A DNA stretch of 64,000 nucleotides from contig NC_082731.1 of the NCBI RefSeq assembly GCF_030144855.1, positions 23,994,001 to 24,058,000 of the forward strand, in the 5' to 3' direction. The DNA comes from Hypanus sabinus (lineage: Eukaryota). This document shows positions 1-12,302 of the stretch, piece after piece (within the stretch, counting starts at the first letter, position 1; the number at the start of each line of letters is the position of its first letter). The notes beneath the pieces were generated by a model that was not told the DNA's origin, did no database searches, and worked only from the letters and a program-made list of their open reading frames with translations. Made by a program: the position numbers and the translations under genes.

Positions 1-236
1 CATCAGCAGCAATAATTTGCAACCTCTCGATGTTCTGAGAATGTCTACAGTAAAGGTTCATCCAGATAAAAGACACACTGTGCTTAAGTCGCCTCTGACA
101 CACTTTGCAGAAACCAAATTTGACTGGGGACACATTTAGAGTTAAATAATTTTACTTTAATCATTCGATCGTCTTTTCGATAACACCAAAAATGGGCGAG
201 ACATTATAAGTAATGACAATGTTTGTGAACACTTAC

Positions 237-333
237 CGGGCTCAACCGTGACCGTTGTCCACTTTCCTTCATGTGTATAAGTCCTCCACGCATACACAGT
301 GATCCTGTTCTTAGTCTTCCCAAGACAACAACT
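237..333 (-). other. NAR-TCR J segment, cassette 1 (coding 294-237, YAWRTYTHEGKWTTVTVEP) with 23-RSS
   Basis: Plus-strand CACAGTG (295-301), 23-nt spacer, ACAACAACT (325-333); GTAAGT donor 236-231. Confidence 0.85.
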
Positions 334-677
334 ACACTCACGTGAATATGCATAGCATCGTCACAATCGGTTTTCCAATGTTTCCAGTGTCGTTAATTGA
401 ACAGATAGCACGTTGCATTCCACATTTTCTGGTAGGTCAAAATGCTCTTTGAAAGAGGAAAAAAACAGAACACAACCTAATTAAGATAAATTGCAGACCG
501 ATTCTGAGATGGAACAAAAAACGTAGCAAAGTTGTCAAACAAAAATATTTATGAAATACGGAAATAACAAATAATCTAATCAGACTACTGAGCAAATATT
601 GTCGGGTTTGTACATTTAGTACAATACATGCAGAGTACCAGCTTTAAAATCCTTTTATATTTATACAAAAAATATTA

Positions 678-749
678 TTTATTTGTTCAGATCTCTTCTA
701 CTGTGTGTATGCCTTGACTTACACAGTACCTCAAGTGAATATCTAATCT
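678..749 (-). other. NAR-TCR D segment, cassette 1 (coding 721-706, TAAGTCAAGGCATACA)
   Basis: 3' RSS CACAGTA-12-ACAAATAAA; 5' heptamer TACTGTG with weak nonamer; positionally homologous to the cassette-2 D. Confidence 0.7.
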
Positions 750-1066
750 CCCGAGGACCCTATAAGAAAAGAGAGCAGGAATTAAGTCCCAGTGAATGCG
801 TTATCCGGTACCAAGTGCTCAGGAACGATTCCGTCTGTAGTTGGCGACAAATGTGTGCTGCTTTTTTTTAATTATGTGGAAGTTTATTGGCACAGACCTC
901 AGAGCACCCGCGCTCCCGCAACTGTAGGAAGATTATGACTGAACGTCATTAATAAAAAATAAAACTGACTGCTAGCTAGACTGTAAGACGGTTCGGCAAG
1001 AGGGATGTTAACTTTAACGGCATACCCATTTTGATCCATCTGATTCAACAAGAAGCTACAACGGAA

Positions 1067-1104
1067 GTTTTTTGTACAGCGGGAAGGCGATGTCAATCAT
1101 TGTG
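1067..1104 (-). other. V recombination signal, cassette 1 (CACAATG-22-ACAAAAAAC)
   Basis: Heptamer 1104-1098, nonamer 1075-1067. Confidence 0.88.
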
Positions 1105-1374
1105 AGAGACGCCATTGGTATTCAGCTTCCACTGGAAGATTCCTAATATTCAACGAAAACTGCATGTCGGTTGTTTTAATCGAAGTAGGAATTCTCCCCC
1201 CGGCTGTGATCACTTTCCGTTCAGCCATTGATGGGGTCTGCATGAAGAATTTTCCAGTAATAATATCATATTCACCTGAATAACCAGGCTGTGAACGGCA
1301 GGTAATGGTGGCAGTCTGACACTCATTCAAGTTTATAGTACTGTGGGTCTGAGTCACCGACTGACTCAACGAAC
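1105..1374 (-). pseudogene. NAR-TCR V, cassette 1; probable pseudogene (in-frame 24-bp deletion removes DSGTYYCQ including the second canonical Cys)
   Basis: Aligns to the cassette-2 V; reads RNLPVE-AEYQW versus RDLRVEDSGTYYCQAEYQW; further framework substitutions. Confidence 0.85.
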
Positions 1375-1512
1375 CTAGAATTAGAAGGAGGAAAGTGAGT
1401 TCAAATCAGAGACGAAGCACACAACACAGTTAAACGAGATGAATTCTTCAAACGCAGAATGACTCAGACTGATTTAATGTAAACGTAATGTTGATGCGTG
1501 AAATGTACTCAC

Positions 1513-1555
1513 GCCGTAAGCAGAACAAAAGTGTCAATAAAAAGAAGACTCCCAT
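1513..1555 (-). CDS. Leader exon of NAR-TCR V, cassette 1 (MGVFFLLTLLFCLR)
   Basis: Paralogous to 25958-26000; ATG 1555-1553, GTGAGT donor 1512-1507. Confidence 0.88.
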
Positions 1556-2127
1556 CGTCAAACGGGAAGATTTTTGAAATGACGAGGACATGGACAATAA
1601 AGCCAGCACACTAATGGCAGAATTTGCTTCAGATTTGGACAGTGATCTTTCAACGACAGGTTTATTGAAGGACAGTTGGTGGTTCTAATTTGTGTATTTG
1701 TTCAGGGTGAGGAAACTCCTCCCATAACCGCCTGATGTTCAACATGTGTGACGGAGATGGACTATCAGTGGACAAGTCCTTTTCATTCGGAAGTAAACGG
1801 ACGACCTTTCAAAAAATATGTTATTTTCTACTATTTTATGATTTTGAGAACCGTGCCCCAGACCTCAAGAGAATATTTCAATATTTAGACCAGCTCCATT
1901 TAGACGGAGCGGGCGACATAGTAGAGAGAAACGGAGAGGGACTCCAAGTGAGGTTCGGCCGGGTAAGTTCCTTTAAAAGTAGAACGTTTCAATACTTGAG
2001 GCAACATTTTGGGTAGGTCACGTCAGCTGAGATCGGCCCCGTGGTTTGTTCATCCTGCAGCTTGTGGGAAATCAGTGGTAGTTCCAGTGTTCTTGAAGAA
2101 CATGTGTGCAGGAAGTGTGTCCAGCTG

Positions 2128-2504
2128 TGGCATTGACAATTATAATGCCTGCTTGTAAAACTCTTACAGAGAGAGGGGGCCGGAGCAGATTGATGGACAG
2201 TTGGTGTCCAACATCTTGGGATAAAAACTAGCACCGCTGATACACAAACAGGCACAGGGTTTTGGACACTGAACGATTATTGTTGTTCCCATAGGAAGTT
2301 GCTTTTATTCGTAGGATCAATTCGGGGAAATCGATCAGAGGCTCTCAGTGTGAAAAGGTGTGACTGGAGAGGATTTATTTGTGTGTCCAACTTTGCCTGG
2401 GTGATAATTCCATTACGGATGAACGGTCGCATGTGTTCTGGTCGCAGTTAATGACTTCGACAGGATTATGGAAGACAACGAGAAGAGAAACGACATCATC
2501 TTTC

Positions 2505-2560
<56 letters not shown>

Positions 2561-2832
2561 AACGTTATTCAACTAACTACCTCGAACTGAACTGGCGTGC
2601 TGAGTTCTGCCAGCAATTTGTTTTATTATGAACTCATTTAATCATCGTAGGACTATATCCATTCACCCTAGGTCTGAAAGAGCCTAGCTAACCTGTGTAA
2701 TATATCTGCATGTATAGTACCTTATTGCGTAGTTACTAATAAACACTATTAGTTATTAGTAATACCAGACTTCAATTTGTTTTCATTTCTACTGTTTCTT
2801 TAATCCGTCAAGGGATACGTGACCGTAATTAA
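2128..2832. mobile_element. Possible solo-LTR-like repeat truncating the CR1 5' end in cassette 1
   Basis: Begins where paralogy to copy 2 ends; non-coding, contains a (CT)n tract; termini and TSD not resolved. Confidence 0.3.
2509..2556 (+). repeat. (CT)24 microsatellite
   Basis: Direct reading. Confidence 0.95.
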
Positions 2833-4689
2833 TTTAACGATTTTATGGGTGGCATGTTTATTATTTACTTCTATAGAATTACTGTTCTCTTTAGTTCGCT
2901 TTCTTTCCTTCTTTGTCCAACATACTGTTTTATTTGAGTTAATAAGTCAATATAATTTCAATTATTTCATTTTACTCTAACTATGTTGATCTGCTGTTGG
3001 TAGTGTATTTACATAAGGAATTAAATACTTCTGGAAACATTTGATGAAGTTTTTCTAAGAATTCTTTCCCGATTGCTTTAATTTCCTTTGCTCCATAATA
3101 TACAGGCATTACTGATGTATTTACTTTTATTATGTCTTTCTTCTCTGATCTGCTTCAGTGGTATGATCTAAAACAGACTTCCACTGAAAACTACCTACCG
3201 TGGTTGAAGCCACCGTTGTTGCTACGTTGAATGTTGGTTGCATATTTTTCGTTGTTTGCAATATACCCCATGTCTGTCCTCCTAGTCAGTTGTGCACCCC
3301 AAACGGTTTGTTTCCTGTAACGCCCAGCGCCAGCTATGGGTGTACGTTGGCGTTCTTCTTTCAACGCTATAGTGCTCTATTCCGCTCACGGCTCTCCATA
3401 CTTAAAGAGTTCTTGTATGTATATATATCTACAGGCAGATTTTAGTTTCATTCGACCCTAACATTAAGAACAGACGTTGAGTAGAGTGCCGCCCAAATTG
3501 CTTATAGATGAGCCTACATTTATTTTTACGTTTCGGTCAGTGGAGGGTTATTGATTTCCTGGCTGTACTACATGTAAATCGAGCGCTCTCCAATCTGTCA
3601 CACTTGGACGTATGCCATGGAAACAGAGACCTCGTCTCAGGGAGGAAAAAGAATCATTCTGTAAATGCCCTCTTTCCCGATTTGAAAGTCGTAAATTCTT
3701 ATAAAATGTAATGGAAATCTACCTGTGTGCCAGTTGTCAAAATCATATGCTTGCACTTTGGAATACTATCTATTAGTAGAATAAAATGGGACTGAAAGGC
3801 AAGGACTTGGAAACGCTAAATGTAAATCAATGCAGTAAATCAATTCCACAGCGTACATAGCTAAAACTTGTCATATTGCAGAAGTGCGATCAAGACGGAG
3901 ACGTTTGTATTATTCCTAGGAATTGTGCCTCGAAATGAATGCAGCACCTTTTCGTTTTCGTACTAGCGGGAATCCAGTAAATTTAATGAACACGGGATTC
4001 ACAGAGGGAGTGATATGTGATGTTTTACAGACTATCATGATATTTTGGGAGCGTGCTAGATTTAATAGAGTTGGTCTCACTTGTAATGACGTACTCAATC
4101 TGCTAAATTTCTTGACAAGATATTGATCGGACACGATATGATATTTTCGAAATTAGTAGATTCGCTGAAACGCCAAGAAACGGAAATACAGGCAATACAG
4201 ACCATAGATTTGTCTGACCAGTCTGTAGTTTAGAATGTATCACACAAGTTTTCCATAACAAAATATCTAAGCAAAGAATCTGCGGCCTCAGTGGATATCA
4301 CAATCAAATTTGATATCACCGGCATATGTCGTGAATATTGTTAAACTCGCAGCAGGGTTAAAATGACAACCGTGCTCAATAAATATAGAGAAAAATATTA
4401 AAACATATATACGTCTCTTAAGTAGTTAAAATAGGGGGTGGAAAAACGCTGTGATTTCACTTTCAATTTGGACATTGGATGGTGTAGGAAAGAGGCTGAT
4501 CTCGAATCTCTAAGACTCTGCCACTTTGTCGACGGTAACAATAAAAAGAGGGCATGTTCTGAGTGGTCTGAAACTTTCATAAAGAACGCCATCTTCGGAA
4601 CGCACTGTGCCTTGAAGATGGCTGGGATACTATTGACACTGGTACATACGATGAGGCTGAATAATTAGACAAGTTTATAAAATTACTTC

Positions 4690-7330
4690 ACTGTTGTGAA
4701 CAACTCTATCCCCCATACCAGCCACAGATGCATCATACAGAATGCTCTGCTGTCTAGTCTTTGTGGATGTTTCCAAGTTCATCAGTTGACAAACCCAATC
4801 CCCTGATATTCCGAATTAAATATAGCTGCCGCGATGTTTTTCTTCCTTTAGTTGCGTCCAGTATAGTTCATCAGAGGTGCTGATCTCCAGAGGCTTGTAA
4901 TTGCTAACTCTCCTCTCTTCTAATCAACCTCAGAGGATTCGATGTTGTTACCTCTTCTTACCCTTTCTGAATTACAAAGTTATATCCTTGAACTGGATGA
5001 CTTTGATTGCAAGGTTTCATTGAGACTAAACTGTGCTAACTGATCCATGTAAATCCCTTTGGTAGGGATCTGAAATTCTGCCAACAGTGATTCTACCATC
5101 AGCAAATTGACAGATGACATTGAGCGATTGCAGCCACACAGTCAGATGTATATGGAGTGTAAATTCGTGAGATGACCACACATCTCTGTGGTGCACCAGA
5201 GTTAATTGTCAGCGAGGTAGAGAATTCATTTCCAATTAATACTGATCGTGGTTTTTGATTATGATTTCTTCGGGCCAATTACAGAGGGAGGTGAACAATT
5301 CTACGTTTTTTTATTTTTCAAGAGATGTTTAGAATTTATGGTGACGCCAGGTTCCATCTGGTACAAGTGTGCTTTGAACCAAGGCAAACCTCTCCAAGTA
5401 TGTCATCAAAGTAGATTTGAGTTCTAAAAGGCTATAGTCGTTAGAGCAACCTATTCTTCTCAGGCCCTGGTAAGATTGTCTTTTTGAGACAGATGGACAT
5501 TTCCGCCGTAGCCGTGAAAGTTTCGAAATGTCTGTTATTGGCCCTATTGGATAATTGGCACCTGTTTTCAGAGCTTAAAAAGTTAGATCTTCGGGCACTG
5601 CTGCCTTGCAAGGATTCACCCCCGTGAACGTCAGCCTGATGTCGGCTTCAGTAACGGAGATTAAAGGATTACTGGATGCTGCAAGAGTCCTCATGTTTTG
5701 ATTTTGTTCTCCCTTTCAAAGCCATCTTAAAATAGTTCAGGTGGTCTGAGAGGGAAGGATCACTTCCGTTCATGTTCTTGTGTATTGCTTTGTCAGAGGC
5801 GATGGACAGCATGCCATTCCGGAGTTGAACTGCATCCGATTTTGCCCTCAAAATCTTCCGGATTTGATTCTTAACCTTTGAAATTTCCCTCTTCAAATCA
5901 TTGCTGGTCTGCTAATGCAAATCAGGTTGCCCGTTTTCTATGCGGGATACCCAAGGGTAAGCAGTATTTGACCCTCCTGGTTTATTCACAGATTTGGTTT
6001 TGGAATGTAGAGTAAGGTTTCGGAGGTAGGCAGATACAAATCCGCACAACATTTTATCAGAATCAGTGACAACAGTGGCATACTCATCCGAACAAGTAGA
6101 TGATTTGTCTGTGCATAGTGCAGTTCACCGATTTAAAGAATACCAATATGCTTCCCTAAGCCCGAGTGGTCCATATATTTTTCCTGCCTACCAATGGTGT
6201 TGTAGCTTCAGTGTCTGCCTATAATCAAGAAGTGTAAGTACAACAACATAATTGGACATACCGAAGTGTGCGTGTGGAAGAGAAAGGTACACACGCTTGC
6301 TTTTAATGCACTGTGACATTCGTTCAATGTGCTATTTCCCCTGGTACTACAGTTGGAGTATATGGGAATTATGTAATGCTTATCAAGCTGACTAGGGTAA
6401 AATCCCACAAAATCTTCCGGCAGGAATCGTCCGTGCAGTTTATGCCTGGTAATACAGTGCATAGATGGTTTTGAGCCTGTTATGCATTGGCTTGCGATAG
6501 AATGTACACATGCTCCATTCCTTCCCAGACGGAGATTCGGTCATTCAACATACTCGTCAGGACATATTTGTAGACGATTTCCAATGTTTAGTTGACAAAC
6601 TAAACATCCTTGTATCACTCAAGAGCTTTAGTTGCTTTATTGACTTTGCTATAGCTACATCAGTATGTTGCGTTCAGTGTAGGTCCTCAGAGATATTGAA
6701 AGCAAGGTACCTATCATTGCTCACTCTCTCCGTTTCTGATCACTCTATGAAGATTAGTTTTATGTTCCCTCATTTTACCCTGTCTGCAGTGGAAAATTAC
6801 CTCTTTTGTCTTGATGACGTCCAGTACAATTTTGCTGCTGCGACTCGGGTAAACTCACTGGTATATCTCCCTGATGTACGTTTTTTCGTCACTATCTAAA
6901 ATGCCTATAATGATTGCATCATCAGCAATCTTTTTCATAGTATGTGGGCTCTATGACTATAGTAGCTACTCTTTCATACTTGTAGAATAAGTAGATCTCA
7001 GATTAGAGTACACATCCCGGTTTTGCGCCAGCGTTGTTTGTCAGCATGTGGAAATGTCATTTCTAAACGATACAGATGGTGCTCTTCGGGAATGAAGCGC
7101 TGGATCCAATCGCAGAGTGAGTTAAAGATAACTATGTGCTGTACACTTTTCGATCAGCGCTGAGATAAGATGGCGCTAAATGCTGAGAGATCGTCAATAG
7201 GCAGTATCCTGTCAGAGGTATGCACCTTGTCCAGGTGATGACTGGATTGCGTTGAGAGTCATAAAGATCACGTATGCTATTGAATTATTGCCACAATTGG
7301 TAATTTGATCTGACAATAGGCTCCAGTCGA
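4690..7330 (-). mobile_element. Degraded Rex1/Babar-like LINE fragments (endonuclease and RT remnants; probably two pieces)
   Basis: CSTRGNSTLNECHSALKAS resembles the Rex1 endonuclease C-terminal motif; RT-like remnants at about 5.0-5.5 kb and 6.6-7.3 kb; many stops; boundaries approximate. Confidence 0.55.
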
Positions 7331-7349
7331 TACGGGTGATGATTAAAGT

Positions 7350-9060
7350 CAGGACTAACCTGACATAAAATCATAAAATCTTAACGCGTTCTACAAGGCG
7401 ACAGTCGTTAAAGAAGCTCTTGCTGCACTTCTTGGGTCCAGTAGAATTGTTGCCCATTTGAAGCTCGTAGACAATTCTGCCAGAACATTGAGAGATTCAA
7501 AGCGTCGTCGAATACTTCCAGCAGTGGCGTAACGGAGATCAGTTTCTTACCATGTGCTGAAACGTTTCCTGTAGGATTGCAACTTATGTAGTCTTTCAAA
7601 ACAGCCTAAACTGGGCCAAAATAAACAGATTAGAGCATCACTGATTGTTGCAGGATCCTCATAGCATTAACTTTATTCAAGGCTAGCATAACCATGCTGT
7701 ATTGTCTAATACTGAAATACAGTTAGCATTCATGACGTTGGGCTTTTCCTGTTTACGACGTAATGGCTGGCAAGACCTGCCAAAGTTGAGGGGCATCCGA
7801 TGTCACTTGCAACGTCAACGGAATGGGATTTTTGCCTGTGCAGATCGGCCTCCGCCTTTGATACGTGCCTTTGCTATACAGATCTGTCGCCAGACTGATA
7901 TCCGACAGACTCAGTCCCAAGCAGACTCCGAACTTCCTGGTCCATTCACACGTTTTGATTTGGAGTTTTTCAGTAAGTTCTGTTTGCATATACCGATGCA
8001 CAATCAGTATCAGAGGACATCTACCTTGGTCAAAGTGTTATGGTGAAATAGCCTATTTAATATAGCCTGCTCATACGGGTGTATATATATATATATATAT
8101 CAGAGACGATATTTCGAATGTAAGCTCATACATGAGTTACTGATCAGGTCTGGAGTGGAGAAGACGCGGGCTACGACGTTTCACGCGCTGGGCAATGCCC
8201 AGGCTGAAAGGTTAATTCGTGCATTGCTAGACGTTCAGGAAAACTTGGATAAAGTGGTAAAAAAAAAGTGGCCTAATCTAGACACTAAATCTTGCAAGGG
8301 GCCGGTGTGTTGTAGTGAGGGAACCGAAGGATCATCGGCAGGTAGGTTCAGTCCATATCTCTTCCTTGAATATGGTCCGAACTCGGATGATGATGTGTCT
8401 GCTGCCCTTCGCAATTTCTCCAATAATTGATGAGGAGATTCCCAACGCTTCTCACGCCCAGTTTAGTGAAATCTGCGGAAGTATCACTGGTCATGTAGGT
8501 ATGCATTAATAAAATAACGGCAGTCTGGACACTAAAGTAACAGGACATCAGAGTGCGTTCAGCCAAGTGACGAGGGAACCTGGATTAACGGGCGGCAGGA
8601 GCAATAGACGAGGAGAGGCCTGCCAAATAGATTGGAAAGATTCCAGGAGTGTCGAAAAATGAAGATATAAATGTTGGTGTACGGAATTCCCAAAGAGTCA
8701 TGAAACCTCCAGAGTGACTGCCCCATGTCGCACCCAAGGTATATACAATGGCTCCTATCCCCTTGGTGAACTCTGCCACTGATATTTACTCCTATGGTAA
8801 ACGTTGTGTTTTTGTATGAAGATCTGACAAATTATTTCAATGTCATGAGGACATGGCAATTTTGTTGGGGGGAGTGGTTCTACTGTTAACGTAATGTTAT
8901 TTTTCTGTTGATGCAAGGTTTGGGTTATAGTGAGAGATAATGGTAATGTTGCAATATGAACAGTGCCATTTGTTAGGCCGCCCAAGGAGAAACTAGACGC
9001 TAAGGGCAACCGGTCGAAGGATTCGAGCCGCTGGGAAACTTAATTTAATCGAACAAGGTT
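7350..9060. mobile_element. Degraded Gypsy pol fragments (integrase on + at about 8155; RNase H/integrase-like remnants on -)
   Basis: KTRATTFHALGNAQAERLIRALLD matches the integrase HPQGNG-ER-NRTL motif; the minus-strand remnants are weaker. Confidence 0.45.
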
Positions 9061-10269
9061 CTGCAATCGACTGATGATCGGAGAATATGACTTTTGGAAG
9101 TGTTCAGTTCCAAAGTGTGCACAGGCGATTGTTTAGTAGATGCGTCTTTTTCATTTTCTTTTCTTTACTATCAGTTTATTTGAGATGCATCAATGAATTT
9201 ATTTAATCCGATACTGTGCCTTCTCTGTAATTTCATGGCACTCAATTTTGTAACGGGGTGGCGAATTACACAATATCCAGACAAACCGGGCATCGGATTG
9301 CCAGAACGGTCTTAACCTCACGGGATTGACGGGATCAGTAAATTTATTCGCTAGATGGAGGAAGCCAAGGAAACCTGGCCGTATTTTATTTATAATAACA
9401 CGCCAATATTCTGCTAAATAATGCATATAATCCTTCAGAGAGAAAATCTAATGCTTATACAGTTGCTGAAAATAAGCTGAATTACATATAATATAAGGGT
9501 TGATGAATTATCGCTTTAGAGATAAACCATTTGATTTGGAACGACTCCCTCTTTGCCGATCTGTGCTGTATATTTCCCGAATGACGGTTTCCCCCGATAA
9601 CAGATTACTGGAGATATCGGGAGGGTTTTTGCGCGGCACTACATCTCTGATCATCAGCGTGAGCATCAGATCACAATAATATGCAGCCGAATCCTTGATT
9701 AGTAACCCCGTGATGTTAAAAAGAAATTTCAGAATTCATTTCTCTAAATCAGCAGCCCATTTGCTCCAGAATTCTGAGCTTGATGAACAAAACTAGTCCT
9801 AATCTTTTAATATATATCTTGCGATTCTCTGGGTAGTCGCATATAACGGAAAAGAGTTTTAACTGCAGATCTCCCGAAGTAGCAATAATTAAATATTACT
9901 TTCTGCCTTTCCTAAATCACCAATGCAACTGCATTCGGAAAAACCGACTCTTGTTCAGAGGCTCCTGTAATAAAAAATAATATAAGTAAACAGTCTGGGG
10001 AGGATCTACATCACGCCATGGATAATGACAATCAACAGCACATGTACAACTGACAGAATATGGTTATTAAGAAGCAGCAGACGGAGTCAAGCCTTTTAAT
10101 CTGGAGATGGCGCTGGGAAAAAAAAACAAACAGTATCTATCCCTCTTGTGTGCAGTGTGCGCGATAATTGCTTCGTAGTGTAGTCAGCATACTGTACATG
10201 AAATGGGGTGCTTCTCTCGCGCATGACTGGCTTATTCCTGATTGGAAATACTAATGGAAGACACATTAT

Positions 10270-10725
10270 ATAACAGTCTTGTTTGGGAAAATTCTACTGC
10301 CATGATGATGACAAACTCAGGTTGGAGGAGCAGCGCCTCATATACCATCTGGGTAGACTCCAGCACCTTGGTGTGAACATCGAATTCTCCAACTTCAGGT
10401 AATTCCCTCCCTCTCCCTTCCCCCATCCCACTTTTACACAGTCTATCACCTCACTCATGTTTCCGACGTATTCTACTACCCATAGTGCTTTCCCCTTTGA
10501 TTCCTTCATGAACTCTCCTGCATACCCCCTCCCTGCTTCCCCTCTCCCATACCTTTATCTTTCTTCTGCTTGGTGTTCCACACGCTGCCTACCTTTTTTA
10601 TGTGGCCCCTGTCTCCTCCTTCTTCGGTCCTGGGGAACGGTCCAGGCCCGAAATTTTGACTGCACCTTTCAGTGGATGCTGCCCGACTTGCTGAGTTCAT
10701 CCATCTTGTTTGTACGTATTGTTTG
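10270..10725 (+). mobile_element. Penelope-like element 3' fragment with decayed hammerhead
   Basis: EEQRLIYHLGRLQHLGVNIEFSNFR* C-terminus, same family as 60.8-63.0 kb; ribozyme core mutated. Confidence 0.7.
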
Positions 10726-12302
10726 CTAACATTGTTTGCTAGTCCGCTCCCTTCACTTTTTTCTCTCTCTTAACACTAACTTACTCTCTTACTTTACCGT
10801 TCTCTCTTTTTTCTCTCTCTACCTTTATTTTTCTTTCTATCTCTGTATCTCTAACGTTCTAACGGAGATCATTTATCTCTCAACCTGTCAGATTCTTGGA
10901 GTTCTCGTTATTCCTCTCTGACCGCTTGGAATTGTCGATAATTTTCCTATATCCCGTTGTTTTTTTGTTTTACTTTTTGCATTCAGTGTTCGGAAACTCG
11001 AACATACACACATAACCACTGACATACCCGCGGAAGAGATTTGTTCTTTACCCTTCTGTGGTTCGCCTGGGTAGTGATTTTTTTTGTTTTTCTCTAAGTT
11101 CAGTATCTCGCAAGACTGTTGAATCTCCGCACGCCGAAGTGCCCAAGTCTACGAAATTGACTGACTCAGCAAGGAAGCAAGCCAGCGAATGTACAACAAC
11201 AGACTTAAAGATAAATATTTGAGAGCCACGAAACGGCAGTTGTATTTCCTTTGCCAATTGAATTGATGTAATAATCCATATTAATATAATGTTGAACCCA
11301 GACCATTGCTAAATTTTTAAGGAGAGCAAAGGACAGCAAAAAAAAATCTCGTTTATTTCACCCACACTAGAAGTCACAGAATCACTGAATTACCATCAGG
11401 TAGACGCAACAAGTCTATCAACGGCTAACCAGGACGGCACGACGTTGCACGACCTTATTTCCACCAGGTATCCATCTTATCAACAAAGGTCACAGCGTTG
11501 TAATACCAAAATTATCTCTGCATATCAAACGTTAAATATTAGTAGTACCAGATATGCTCTGTTTATAACGTTTTATTTGAGTTTTATTACGGAAGTTTGT
11601 GCTAACATTTAATTGCTCCTGGATGACTCCAATTTTGTCCTGCAAAATTTCGGTAATGGAAGTATTGTTCTGTATTTTACGCTTGGCACCTAAACTCAAT
11701 AGATTCTGGCGCTGTAAACATATTGACAATAGAACGATTTTGAATTGTCTCTCGAGGTCGAGCTGCCGGTAGAGAGTTAGAGGTATTTTATTTCAAGTAG
11801 CTATAACAAGTCAACATTTAGCCAGCAGAACCTGACAAAGCAAGGATGAAATATTCCTGCTCAAGTTAAGTACGGTCATGATTCAGATGCAAGTCTGATT
11901 TGCGTGAGAGAGAGTATGTTGGGAGGGAACCATTTAAGTGGCGGAGAACTCAGAACACGTTAGGTCAAATATTTCTGAAATAGAATCAGAGGTTAGTAAA
12001 ATGCTAAGCACCAAACATATAAGAGATATCGGAAACATTATTCTCCGCAGCTGCTAGTTACGTGAGAAATGCATTTCAATGTTGGTCCTTACATATCGTG
12101 TTAGAGAATTAGAGTTCGAGCTTCACGACTGCCGCCTCCTCAATATAATATTGAACGTGATCGATCTTAGCTGGAAAAAAAATAATCATTGATAAGGTGC
12201 AGGAGATATGATGTGGCTGGGTAACTGCAATTGAGGGTACAGTCTGAGAAAGAATCCTGATCTTTGCTGAGGTCGTTCGAATCAATAACAGGGACAGCTT
12301 TT

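Larger units (their letters stand above)
1..2127. repeat. Segmental duplication copy 1 (paralogue of 24421-26637)
   Basis: Continuous collinear similarity from base 1 through J, D, V, leader and a CR1 5' end; homology stops at ...GTGTCCAGCTG. Confidence 0.95.

Noticed and set aside
9160-9660. Possible DNA-transposon MITE remnants
   Set aside because: Terminal inverted repeats and TSD could not be established
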